Below, one piece after another: positions 8,867 through 17,788 of a stretch of 29,161 bases of DNA (position 1 is its first letter; each line of letters opens with the position of its first letter). The stretch is from a virus (taxonomy: Duplodnaviria; Caudoviricetes): IMG/VR virus record IMGVR_UViG_3300044513_000330, positions 1-29,161 of that record. One strand, given 5' to 3'. Both the position numbers and the translations under genes were made by a program. The notes under the pieces were generated by a model. The model had not been told where the DNA came from. It made no database searches and saw only the letters and a program-made list of their open reading frames with translations.

Positions 8867-9282
8867 TATCTAACACTCCATGCACCACCATTTTCGATAG
8901 TAACAGTAAATCCGTTTGCGATCGTCATAGGACCAGCACTCATACCATTAGCAAACTCTGCACCAGCAGTAGGTCCTACTGTGAGGTTTTCTGAAATGGT
9001 GTTAGCATTGGTTCTAACAACACTATCATCACCAAGAGAAGGACCACCACCAGAAACTGCTGCCCAACCTGCACTACCAGAACCATCATCTGCTTTGTAA
9101 ATCTCAGCAGCGTCAGTATCTGTGTTGAAACGAATCGTACCAATAGAAACGCCAGAAGGTCTCTGTGCTTGAGTACCTGCTGGTAATCTAAACACAGAGT
9201 TAGAGTTCAGGAATGTGAGAGTTGTGATGATTGCTTCGGTTGACGTGGAAATCTGATTTCCACTAATCTTTGATAGTGCCAT
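8866..9282 (-). CDS. Small virion structural protein with GTQAQRP module
   Basis: LPAGTQAQRPSGVSIGTIRFNTDTDAAEIY and C-terminal TISENLTVG...NGMSAGPMTIANGFTVTIENGGAWSV, typical of cyanomyovirus tail-associated proteins; GGAG upstream. Confidence 0.75.
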   Translation of the reverse strand: MALSKISGNQISTSTEAIITTLTFLNSNSVFRLPAGTQAQRPSGVSIGTIRFNTDTDAAEIYKADDGSGSAGWAAVSGGGPSLGDDSVVRTNANTISENLTVGPTAGAEFANGMSAGPMTIANGFTVTIENGGAWSVR

Positions 9283-9305
9283 GGCAGCGAGATATTCTCC
9301 TTAAG

Positions 9306-9313
9306 TATTTAGA
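9306..9313 (-). promoter_or_regulatory. Possible late promoter variant (TCTAAATA)
   Basis: One mismatch to TATAAATA, about 24 nt upstream of the ATG at 9282. Confidence 0.4.
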
Positions 9314-12300
9314 TAGGCAGTTCTAAAATGTGGACTGTATCTGTAGATTGTGGTGCATCACCAGAACTGAATACAACGTTTGCACCGTTAGCGTCAACTG
9401 TGTAGTTTGTACCTGCAATCTGTGCAACACCGTTCAGGAATACCAGCAGTGAATCATCAGAATGCTGAATACCACCACCATAGGTAGTAACTGCAAATGT
9501 CAGAGTTGTGCCGTCACCAGTATATGTCTTAGTGACATACTTATCAGCACCAACACCACCTCGTCCAGTAACAACAAGGTCACCATCTACTTTGGCGCTT
9601 CCGAGGATGCCAACACGGAAATTAGATACAGCAGCAGTACCAATACCGATATGTTGCTCATTATTGAAAGTATCGATATTAATGTCACCAGTATCCGTGA
9701 GACCAAACTCGTGCCACGTTCCATTGTAATAAATCCAACCAAGCGACTGCCCAGGTGTCCAATTGATATTGTAAACAAGATCACCATTACCAGGTGTATC
9801 GTATCCTGTGATAGTAGCAAAACTTGGTTGTCCATTTGCATCGGCGGGAGCGAGTAACGTTTGCTTGATTACCGTACCATCCTGGTTGTTATAAGTAATC
9901 TTTTTGGCAGTAAGATTATTAGTAAAGGATGTTTGTGCTTGGAATGTAACAGGACCAGCAAAGATAGATTCTAACTGGTTAGATGCACCACCAATAACGG
10001 TCAGTTTGTCGGTAAGAACCAACTCAGAGAATGTCTGAATCGTAGTGTTTTCTTCACCAACAACATTCAACTGTGCAATATCTTCATTAGTAATCTGACC
10101 TGTAACAGGGTTGATAATCTGGTTACCAATAAACAGGTCACCGTTAGAGTTCAGACCAGAGTAGAATGCAACACCTGCTTCTTCTTTAATCGACTGAGAG
10201 AACTTAACCTGATCTGCACTCAGAGTTTCTACCTGAGTTTGAGGGAATGCAGTTGAATAGTTACCAGGACCGAAACCAAGATACTCAAACGTATGGTTAC
10301 CAGATCTAAGGATCGAGTGCCTCCTGAACTCAACATTGATAGGTGCGACAGTCCCATCATTGTTTTCGCGGATGTTGATCTTCCTAGTTTCTTCATTTCC
10401 AGCACGTGCAGTTAGTTCGACATTAGATAGTCTTCCATTAACAGAGTCATAGTTGGGTGTTGTACCTGGTTGTGTCCAACCAGTATCAGTCAGAAGGAAC
10501 TTAATCGCTTCTTTAGTAATAGACAGTTTGGGATCTTTGTTGGGTGTAGGGTTAGCACCATCAGTTGCATTTACAAGACCGATAGTTTCGTTGTCAGCGA
10601 CGGAAATCGCAGCAGCAGGGTCAGCAACAGGGTTGTCTCTGTCAAACGTAGGATAGACTTCGTTGACGTTTTGAGAGAACTTCCTGTCGTTGAAGTTAGA
10701 AGTGCTAGGTGCAATAGATGCACAAAGCAAGGTAATGTAGTAGATGCCATCTTTAACGCCTCTCTCGAATTGCTGAACAACTTCGATATCGTAGATATAG
10801 AATGTTCTGTTCAGATTGTAACTTGTAGTGTCACTATTCAGAGGTTGTACAACATAACCGCTGAGAGGATCACGAGGCAGAGGATTAGTCTTATCCTTAT
10901 CGATAACCATGCGGACACGATATGTTCTATCCTGCAGGTCACGAGGGTCAGGAATCCTCTTAATGAAAGTTGTAGGGGTGAAGTTTACGTTGTTGTACTG
11001 TGAGTTGGTAGAAAGAGTTGTGTAGATTTGATTATCGTTAGGATCTACACTCAGATACCAACCACCAACGGAACCTGCTTGACCATTGATAGTGTATGTT
11101 GCACTATCATATTGCAGAGGTGAACCAGTATCACCTGCTGCTTTGTTGGAAACATCAGGACCATAAGGTGAAATCTTAGCAGTCTGAACTGTTGCAGAAG
11201 CTGCACCATTAGCAACCAAAAGTACATTCAGTTTGTCTGGTATAGCATCAACACCTGTGCCATCTTGACGTGATCCAATAGCAAAACCTTGAACCTTTGT
11301 TGTTGGAGGAGATGCTTCCGTGACATATCCATAGAGATAAAGTCTAGAACCAGCAATACCACCCTGACCAGAAAGTGCAGAGTTGATTACCTTAGTGCGT
11401 TGAATATCAACGTTAACCCAGTTGACAGATGTTTCTTCACCAAAGATGATGTTAGTGTCAACTGCTGCTGTATTATTTCCAGACAGTGTGATAACTCTAG
11501 TGTTAGTGTTGAAGGAAACAACAGTAGCACCAGCAGCAAGATTAGTTCCAGAAACTGCCATACCTTCGATAACACCGTTGATGCTACCATCATTAGCAAG
11601 TGTGATATTTGGCGAACCTGAAGCACCTGTTGCAGTTGTCGAAATAACGTTCAGTGCCTTAGGTGGAATGATATGAGTAATCTCTGCTGCTTTATCCTTG
11701 GAGAATGCTTTTGCCTTAAATCCAGCAGATCTTAACGCAGTGTTTCCAAAGTTACTGTTGGAGTTGGTGATTGACATGTCAGCACCACTCTCTGCAGTAA
11801 AGTGTGTGCCGTAACCAACAGCGAACACCGAAACTGCCTGAATGAAGGAGTCATTGGAGCACTTAATATGCTCGTGTGCCCAACCCTTACGATACTCAGC
11901 AAAACCATCCAGGTGAGCACCATCACCAGCAGTTGCTACATCATAGCTACCAGTAGAAGCATTATATCTTACAAACGCTCTATCATCTTTCTGTAGAGAT
12001 AGACCCGTGAACTGTGCAACAACCATCGATTTGAAACCAGTTGCCTTAGCACCGTTCGCGAGCATACCATTCATACCCCAAACACTTCTCAGTGACAGGT
12101 TGAATGCATATGGAGATGCAGAGTCAACAGTATCAATTTCAGTCTTAACAGTAACATTAGAACCAACAGCATTACCTGATGGTACAGATGCTAACTGGTA
12201 AGTAAATGTGCTACCAGTTGGCGTCGAAGTGACGGTGAAAGATCCGTTAAAAACTGTTGCATCAACTTCGGATTGCGGTCCAGTTGATCCAGTAACACCT

Positions 12301-13274
12301 GAAACGTTAATGTTGACGCCAACACTAAATCCATGGTCTCTGGGGTTATCAAACTCATCAACAGTAACTGCCGTTGCTGTCTGACCATTTCTTGTGATCT
12401 GAAGGACTCTGTACTCATCGGAAATAGGACCAACGATTCTGTTTTCTTCGACCCTTGCCTGAATCTGGTCAGTAGTAGGATCACCAGATGTATCAGGAAT
12501 AGTTGCGAATGCCTTCGATACTTTCTGGTAGTAAATGTCTAAGTCAGTTCTCTCTAGAATGTTAGGCACAGCAGAATAATCTGTGTTAGGAACAGTGCCG
12601 TCAGAGATTAACCTAGAAAGAGGATTGAGACCATCAGCAAACTCAAAGCAAGTTAGTCTATGGTGTGAGAACTTGGGGGAAAGAGTTTCAGTGCTATCGG
12701 GTTTGAAGTATACACCTTCCTCAGCACCATCGAAGAAGGAAAACTGCCAGAAGTATGTACCACCTGTGACCTTGAAGATTGCGGTGCGGGGAGGAACATC
12801 ATCCTCTGTGTTGATTCCCTTCGCAGTATATGTCGTAGGATAAGGAACGTACTTAGGAATAATCTTGGTACGACGTAAGTCGGTGCCAACCAGCGAACAA
12901 CCTCTGGGAACAATGACTCCTCCTTCTACTGAGTTGTAATAATACAAAACATTATTAGGTGAAGTCAGGTCCAGATTAGAGTTAGAATCAATAGGAGGGA
13001 CATCAGTATAAAGAACTTTACCAGGACGGTTATCGATCACATACTCTGCAGGGTAGAGCATGATACTGAACGCATCGAATTCGTCATTACTCAGACCAAC
13101 ACGATACGAAAATCTAGCAACTTCAAGAAATGCTCTTTGAATAGACTTAAACGGACGCAATGCTGAGTTGCCTCTGTTGTCAATAGCATCAGAAGCATCA
13201 AAGTCGTCAGGGTTAACGTAAATAATACGTCCCGTGCGGGACGTAATAATATTCTTAAGTCTAGTTAGAGACAT
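9309..13274 (-). CDS. Large virion structural protein (tailspike/tail fibre-like, beta-helix-type N-terminal region)
   Basis: 1321 aa. RIIYVNPDDFDASD...NRGNSALRPFKSIQRA resembles a beta-helix cap, followed by GVIVPRGCSLVGTDLRRTKI. The C-terminal domain YTGDGTTLTF...LLVFLNGVAQ...YTV is common in cyanomyovirus tail/baseplate proteins. Confidence 0.8.
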   Translation of the reverse strand: MSLTRLKNIITSRTGRIIYVNPDDFDASDAIDNRGNSALRPFKSIQRAFLEVARFSYRVGLSNDEFDAFSIMLYPAEYVIDNRPGKVLYTDVPPIDSNSNLDLTSPNNVLYYYNSVEGGVIVPRGCSLVGTDLRRTKIIPKYVPYPTTYTAKGINTEDDVPPRTAIFKVTGGTYFWQFSFFDGAEEGVYFKPDSTETLSPKFSHHRLTCFEFADGLNPLSRLISDGTVPNTDYSAVPNILERTDLDIYYQKVSKAFATIPDTSGDPTTDQIQARVEENRIVGPISDEYRVLQITRNGQTATAVTVDEFDNPRDHGFSVGVNINVSGVTGSTGPQSEVDATVFNGSFTVTSTPTGSTFTYQLASVPSGNAVGSNVTVKTEIDTVDSASPYAFNLSLRSVWGMNGMLANGAKATGFKSMVVAQFTGLSLQKDDRAFVRYNASTGSYDVATAGDGAHLDGFAEYRKGWAHEHIKCSNDSFIQAVSVFAVGYGTHFTAESGADMSITNSNSNFGNTALRSAGFKAKAFSKDKAAEITHIIPPKALNVISTTATGASGSPNITLANDGSINGVIEGMAVSGTNLAAGATVVSFNTNTRVITLSGNNTAAVDTNIIFGEETSVNWVNVDIQRTKVINSALSGQGGIAGSRLYLYGYVTEASPPTTKVQGFAIGSRQDGTGVDAIPDKLNVLLVANGAASATVQTAKISPYGPDVSNKAAGDTGSPLQYDSATYTINGQAGSVGGWYLSVDPNDNQIYTTLSTNSQYNNVNFTPTTFIKRIPDPRDLQDRTYRVRMVIDKDKTNPLPRDPLSGYVVQPLNSDTTSYNLNRTFYIYDIEVVQQFERGVKDGIYYITLLCASIAPSTSNFNDRKFSQNVNEVYPTFDRDNPVADPAAAISVADNETIGLVNATDGANPTPNKDPKLSITKEAIKFLLTDTGWTQPGTTPNYDSVNGRLSNVELTARAGNEETRKINIRENNDGTVAPINVEFRRHSILRSGNHTFEYLGFGPGNYSTAFPQTQVETLSADQVKFSQSIKEEAGVAFYSGLNSNGDLFIGNQIINPVTGQITNEDIAQLNVVGEENTTIQTFSELVLTDKLTVIGGASNQLESIFAGPVTFQAQTSFTNNLTAKKITYNNQDGTVIKQTLLAPADANGQPSFATITGYDTPGNGDLVYNINWTPGQSLGWIYYNGTWHEFGLTDTGDINIDTFNNEQHIGIGTAAVSNFRVGILGSAKVDGDLVVTGRGGVGADKYVTKTYTGDGTTLTFAVTTYGGGIQHSDDSLLVFLNGVAQIAGTNYTVDANGANVVFSSGDAPQSTDTVHILELPI

Positions 13275-13294
13275 TTCTTACGCTGCTTTTTGAT

Positions 13295-13302
13295 TATTTA
13301 TC
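13295..13302 (-). promoter_or_regulatory. T4-type late promoter (GATAAATA)
   Basis: Intergenic NATAAATA about 20 nt upstream of the ATG at 13274. Confidence 0.65.
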
Positions 13303-13307
13303 GTTGA

Positions 13308-14798
13308 TTATGATCCACCGCCAGAACCGCTACCACCAGCACCGCCAGCAGAACTATAGGTTCTTACAGTAAATGCAGAGGATGCATCTTCAAATCCAAC
13401 TACGTTAAACGCAACATTACCAGTTGTAGATTCAACGAGAAGACGTTGACCAGGACCAATAACCAAAGACTTAACTTCCTCTGAAGAATCATCACTGATT
13501 GCATTATCTTTTCTCAGATACATGTCAGCATCGATTGCATCTGTTGCAGTAACAACAGCATTTACACCAACAGCAGATCTGGAAGCGTTAGGATCTTTAG
13601 GAGCATCTTGGAAAACGCTAGATGTTGTGAAGTCGGCAGAGTTTTTACCCTTAATAACTTCAAGAGTTGCACCACTGATGCTTCTGACGTAACCATATGC
13701 TTCAGAAGTTTGAGTCTGAACAGTATAAGAGTTACCGTTTGCTTCAAAACTATCAGTAGCATTTACCCAAGTGCCATCAACATCATAAACATACACACCA
13801 GTGTAAGAATAGTCAGTGCTGGTAGTCAAATATCTATCACTACCACCATAGTTTGCATTACTTGCAGTGCCAGTGCCACCATCATAATAATAAAGGTTAC
13901 CAGTCAAAGTTGCTGCAGAAAAATCATACTGAACATATGCACCACCAGAACCAGGGGTTCCGTTGCTTGTCTTACCAGTGGTAAGTTCAGCACCATCATC
14001 GGCAGTACCAGCAGTATTGTCAGGTCCCCACTCACCATTAACAGTAGTAGAAAGACTGAAATCTCTGCCACTCATACTAGCGTCAGAAACATCAAAACGA
14101 TATGCTCTATCATCAAAGACTGTAAACTCTTCACCCAGGTACATATTAAAGGTTGAACCATCAGTAGAAAGAACAAACTCTTCTTGTGCTGTACCAACAC
14201 CACCAGCGGAAACAGATGCAGTAGCACCAGAAGTACCACCAGTGATAGCATCAGAGTCTGTGAACTCAGTACCCGTACCATTCAATGTAGAAGGTCCAAT
14301 ATGAATCGTTGTAGAACCCGAACCTTCCTCAACTGCATATACAAGTGCAGTAGTAGTGTCAGGTGCAGTTCCTTTTGAGACAGTTTCACCAACTACAAAT
14401 GTACCAGTGGCACTATTTAATGTGACAGCACGAATATTGATTGCCTTTACATCAACTTCGGTGAAAGGTTCAATATAATACGACTCAAACACGGCAGTCT
14501 TTTCACTATCGCCAGATGTAAGAGTTGCACCAGGGGAGATTGCTGCAGTTGTGGGAATATTAGTAGCAAGATTAAAACGATAACCAGTAACTACATCTCC
14601 CTGATGCAGAAGATAGTTGGCAGCATCTAATGTGAGTTTTTGATCAAACTCTTTGACTGCTACATCATAAGTATCAGCACCACCATCTGATGCAGCAGTC
14701 AGTACCAAACTTGCCGATGAATCAACAGGTGCAGAGTACAGAACCGTATTGGTAGCTGCTGCTGGTTTTGCTTGTCCAAGAAGTCCTTGTCTTGCCAT
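13308..14798 (-). CDS. Virion structural protein (tail-associated, Thr/Gly/Ser-rich)
   Basis: 496 aa, beta-rich composition, YRFDVSDASMSG...NGTPGSGGAYVQ...LYYY module seen in cyanophage tail proteins; lies in the late operon. Confidence 0.7.
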   Translation of the reverse strand: MARQGLLGQAKPAAATNTVLYSAPVDSSASLVLTAASDGGADTYDVAVKEFDQKLTLDAANYLLHQGDVVTGYRFNLATNIPTTAAISPGATLTSGDSEKTAVFESYYIEPFTEVDVKAINIRAVTLNSATGTFVVGETVSKGTAPDTTTALVYAVEEGSGSTTIHIGPSTLNGTGTEFTDSDAITGGTSGATASVSAGGVGTAQEEFVLSTDGSTFNMYLGEEFTVFDDRAYRFDVSDASMSGRDFSLSTTVNGEWGPDNTAGTADDGAELTTGKTSNGTPGSGGAYVQYDFSAATLTGNLYYYDGGTGTASNANYGGSDRYLTTSTDYSYTGVYVYDVDGTWVNATDSFEANGNSYTVQTQTSEAYGYVRSISGATLEVIKGKNSADFTTSSVFQDAPKDPNASRSAVGVNAVVTATDAIDADMYLRKDNAISDDSSEEVKSLVIGPGQRLLVESTTGNVAFNVVGFEDASSAFTVRTYSSAGGAGGSGSGGGS

Positions 14799-14803
14799 TG
14801 TTA

Positions 14804-16129
14804 TTAGAATCCAGAGTAGAAGAATTGTTGTTGTCTTGTCAGACCAGTGAGGTTGTTAGCGCCGATACCAGCACCGAAGTTAACATCATCAAGGGTTACG
14901 TTATCAGTAGAGAGCAACGTTGCATCAGAGTCGGGGAACTTAATAGTTCTAGGACCAGTAATGTTTTCCATCGAAATGGTAACTTGTCCTAATGCCGCAA
15001 TAGACTCTTTTAAGATAGGTGTAACAAGTGTCTTGTTAGACAGAGTTTGCGATGCAAGTTCCGTAACGAGAGTATTACTACCACCCGCACTATTTAGAGC
15101 ATTTGTTGGGGGGAAGACCATTGTAGAGTTTGTAAGCGTGGTCTGATTGCTTACGTTAAATGTGATCTTCTTTGTGTTATCAGCAGGGTCTTGAATGATA
15201 ACATTCTCATACGCCTTATTTCTAATAACCTGGTTAGATTCTGTACCAACCAGTGTAAGACTAATGTCGGGGATTGTGATGGTTCTGTTAGCAGTCAAAG
15301 AAGAAGTATTGAACTGCGCCCAGTAAGCATCGGGAGCATCATCAGGGACCAACTTAAGGTCAACCATACTCTTGTTGAAAGCAATCTGTGCTGCTTTCGT
15401 ATCAAGCAGAGTAGAATCTAAACCGTTAGAGTTGACAACGGTTGTAATCGTGAGTCCAGCATCAGGAAGGAAGAATCTACGGGTTTGACCGATAGAATCT
15501 GCATAGGACAGTTGAAACTTAGCAACGTCTTCACCATCAATAATGCTGAGGTTATCTTCATCAATAACAAGAGACTTGTTTCTTAATGTCTGTGTAGTAT
15601 CATCACCAACAATAGTAGTTCCGTTACCAGATGTAATGGCAGGGAATGTAAAGATACGTGTGTTTGTACCAGTACCTACATTACTAACTTCAAATCGTGC
15701 GCGAGGACCTTGGGAGTCAGATAGAACAAAAGATTGGTCATCAATCAAAAACTGTCCTGTAACTTGAACAGCACCTGTACCTTTTGGAGATAAAACAATA
15801 TTTGCATTGTTTGCTGTTTCATCAATAGCAGTGATATACAAAGAAGTATTGCTATTTCCGTTGTCGATTCTAGACATGTAGAATCCACCATCACCAAAAC
15901 CTAGACCGATCTGATCGTAAGCATTTTGATATAAACCCGTGTCTCGGTCCAAGTCAAAGCAAAGTCCAGGTGCTGCTTTATCACCTTGTGCAACTCCACG
16001 GAAGAGTTGATTTACTTTTGCTTTGCGGTTGGGGATCAAAGGGTCAGATACGACTAAAGGGAGAATTGCTTCTCCCGATACATTCGCGTCTGAGATTGTA
16101 TCCAACTGAGAAATTTTACGGGTTCCCAC
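14804..16129 (-). CDS. Tail fibre-like protein with internal repeats
   Basis: GTG start; N-terminal RKISQL; about five 'RxxTFPDxxxTLVxxxxxQTLxNKTL'-type repeats. Confidence 0.75.
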   Translation of the reverse strand: MGTRKISQLDTISDANVSGEAILPLVVSDPLIPNRKAKVNQLFRGVAQGDKAAPGLCFDLDRDTGLYQNAYDQIGLGFGDGGFYMSRIDNGNSNTSLYITAIDETANNANIVLSPKGTGAVQVTGQFLIDDQSFVLSDSQGPRARFEVSNVGTGTNTRIFTFPAITSGNGTTIVGDDTTQTLRNKSLVIDEDNLSIIDGEDVAKFQLSYADSIGQTRRFFLPDAGLTITTVVNSNGLDSTLLDTKAAQIAFNKSMVDLKLVPDDAPDAYWAQFNTSSLTANRTITIPDISLTLVGTESNQVIRNKAYENVIIQDPADNTKKITFNVSNQTTLTNSTMVFPPTNALNSAGGSNTLVTELASQTLSNKTLVTPILKESIAALGQVTISMENITGPRTIKFPDSDATLLSTDNVTLDDVNFGAGIGANNLTGLTRQQQFFYSGF

Positions 16130-16155
16130 GAATAATCACACGATTTGCTACAAGT

Positions 16156-16341
16156 TTATTTATACGGATATAATTCGTTGTATCTAATGAATCGACGTGC
16201 GTTAGGTTCTACATCAAGAGATTCACACACCGCAAGATATGACTCCCATTCATTCTGCAGTTGCGAAGGAATCTGCACATTCGAGGATGTCACATTCTCG
16301 GTGTCCGAACATGAGTGATTTGAGGGCGACTGCTTTGTCAT
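16156..16341 (-). CDS. Small hypothetical protein (true start probably downstream of 16341)
   Basis: Fills the gap before the late promoter. The C-terminal half (LQNEWESYLAVCESLDVEPNARRFIRY) looks protein-like; the 5' part overlaps the neighbouring ORF. Confidence 0.45.
   Translation of the reverse strand: MTKQSPSNHSCSDTENVTSSNVQIPSQLQNEWESYLAVCESLDVEPNARRFIRYNELYPYK
16157..16164 (-). promoter_or_regulatory. T4 late promoter (TATAAATA)
   Basis: Perfect consensus about 28 nt upstream of the GTG at 16129, at the head of the tail fibre region. Confidence 0.8.
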
Positions 16342-16525
16342 ACTGCTTTTTGTGATAGTTGATTACATCATCGACGCAAGATAGCATTTCTTCATATGTC
16401 CGTCGTGCATCAACTTTGTCATCTTGGAGGTAATCGTCAATGCAATCTTGCATACGATCTTTACGCTGCTTTGCATACTCTTTCTCCCAGTCATATTGAA
16501 TGTCAGGGCGTCCTTCAATTGTCAT
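16250..16525 (-). CDS. Hypothetical protein
   Basis: 91-aa ORF in a tightly packed operon; GAGG upstream. Confidence 0.7.
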   Translation of the reverse strand: MTIEGRPDIQYDWEKEYAKQRKDRMQDCIDDYLQDDKVDARRTYEEMLSCVDDVINYHKKQYDKAVALKSLMFGHRECDILECADSFATAE

Positions 16526-16730
16526 TGAGTTTTTCCTCTTTAGCGGTTTTGAAATACAACTTGTAGTATCTAGACTTCATCTCATCTAGTATAGCATTAT
16601 CATCATCAAATGCCATGTATTTTGTGAGTGAGTAACATCCTTCTAACTCACCTATAAGTCGAAGGATGTTGACTGATGTACGTTTGAAACCTCCATGCCT
16701 GTAAGCATAGAAATCATCTGCTTCTTTCAA
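16515..16730 (-). CDS. Hypothetical protein
   Basis: 71-aa ORF whose TTG start abuts the previous stop codon; overlaps the next gene. Confidence 0.65.
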   Translation of the reverse strand: MKEADDFYAYRHGGFKRTSVNILRLIGELEGCYSLTKYMAFDDDNAILDEMKSRYYKLYFKTAKEEKLNDN

Positions 16731-16886
16731 CTATTTGCCAATCCCGTAATCAGGTGCCTTCAACTCAAGTTCTCTGATCTCTTCTCCATGCAATTTTGCA
16801 ATCGCTTTTCGTGCTTCTTCGGTTTCTTCCCACTCATAAGTGTTACCGCTTTTAGTAATACACGAACGTGTTTTAGACTTGCTCAT
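16731..16886 (-). CDS. Small hypothetical protein, 51 aa (missing from the ORF track)
   Basis: Manual translation MSKSKTRSCITKSGNTYEWEETEEARKAIAKLHGEEIRELELKAPDYGIGK. GGAGG Shine-Dalgarno sequence, ATGA overlap with the upstream gene, fills the gap exactly. Confidence 0.75.
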   Translation of the reverse strand: MSKSKTRSCITKSGNTYEWEETEEARKAIAKLHGEEIRELELKAPDYGIGK

Positions 16887-17176
16887 AGTTTTCCTCCAAC
16901 AATGCCGTCATTAATGACTCTAGTGTTTTCTTCCAGTGTTCCTTCCTGCAAGCACTTAAGGTGCCAGCGAGATATTTGCAACACTGCATTTTCTGTTGGT
17001 CCAGTGATAAAGTGCTGACCCAACGGTTCCCTGAGAATAGATGTGTAGAGACCGAATTGTGTTTTCTTGATATAGAAAGCGTCATCAATCCATTGAACAT
17101 TCTCTGGGATATCCTTGTCTATTGTACCACCAAAAGAGTCGGATAGTTGTGCTTTACGCTGCTTTGTTTCTTGCAT
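16883..17176 (-). CDS. Hypothetical protein (cyanomyovirus-type)
   Basis: 97-aa ORF with WIDDAFYIKKTQFGLYTS...VGGKL; coupled to neighbours. Confidence 0.7.
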   Translation of the reverse strand: MQETKQRKAQLSDSFGGTIDKDIPENVQWIDDAFYIKKTQFGLYTSILREPLGQHFITGPTENAVLQISRWHLKCLQEGTLEENTRVINDGIVGGKL

Positions 17177-17339
17177 TACCTGTGTAATAATAGAGTTTGT
17201 ACTTACAGTTGTACCTATTTACATACTTTTGTGCATGTTCCTCACACTGAAACCAACACTTTTTGTTTTCGGATTCATCTTTCAGGAAATACGGAAACGT
17301 TTCAATCCAAGGGAAGAGTTCAATCTTCCGTGAGTTCAT
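17154..17339 (-). CDS. Hypothetical protein (cyanomyovirus-type), 61 aa
   Basis: MNSRKIELFPWIETFPYFLKDESENKKCWFQCEEHAQKYVNRY. The ATG at 17339 is preferred over 17600, whose extension lies almost entirely inside the upstream gene. Confidence 0.65.
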   Translation of the reverse strand: MNSRKIELFPWIETFPYFLKDESENKKCWFQCEEHAQKYVNRYNCKYKLYYYTGNARNKAA

Positions 17340-17697
17340 CACCTTTAATGCCGTAGGTTTCTTCGTTTGTCGCTTTGAGATAGGTGTCGATTTCTTTACC
17401 TTCGCTTTCGGAGTTGTAGTAAGATTCTTTAGATTCTTCTCTAAGTTCTTCTGTGTTTTTACCGAGGTTGAACTCTCTTTCTGCTGCCCATTTGAAGAAC
17501 TCCGTGAAGTCTTCTTTTGTCCAGTCGTTGAAGATGCTTTCTTGCGGGTCGTTTTCGTCCCATTCGATGATGAACGAACCGTCGCCGTTGTCTTTGACAT
17601 TGATCATTTGGAATAGGTTGATTAAGGTATTCCCCCAAGATTTTTTACCAAACTCAAACTTGTACCAGGGGGCGTAAGTAGGATATTTGTAGTTCAT
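17320..17697 (-). CDS. Hypothetical protein (acidic, cyanomyovirus-type)
   Basis: VKDNGDGSFIIEWDENDPQESIFNDWTKEDF motif; lies directly downstream of tRNA-Asn. Confidence 0.65.
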   Translation of the reverse strand: MNYKYPTYAPWYKFEFGKKSWGNTLINLFQMINVKDNGDGSFIIEWDENDPQESIFNDWTKEDFTEFFKWAAEREFNLGKNTEELREESKESYYNSESEGKEIDTYLKATNEETYGIKGDELTED

Positions 17698-17716
17698 TGG
17701 GGTATATGGTGAACAA

Positions 17717-17788
17717 CTCCCCAGGTAGGATTTGAACCTACGACCAATCGATTAACAGTCGATGGCTCTGCCGCTGAGCTACTGAGGA
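17717..17788 (-). tRNA. trnN: tRNA-Asn (GTT)
   Basis: TCCTCAGTAGCTCAGCGGCAGAGCCATCGACTGTTAATCGATTGGTCGTAGGTTCAAATCCTACCTGGGGAG folds as a cloverleaf; no encoded CCA. Confidence 0.95.

Noticed and set aside
16873-17100. Minor minus-strand alternative-frame ORFs (also 4571-4807, 8152-8400, 9587-9841, 12191-12484 and similar)
   Set aside because: They are nested in longer genes in other frames with no ribosome-binding site or motif support.
17340-17600. Lys/Ser/Thr-rich N-terminal extension of the 148-aa ORF, suggesting overprinting
   Set aside because: It lies wholly inside the 125-aa gene in another frame and is low complexity; the internal ATG at 17339 gives a normal short overlap. Overprinting cannot be excluded but is unsupported.
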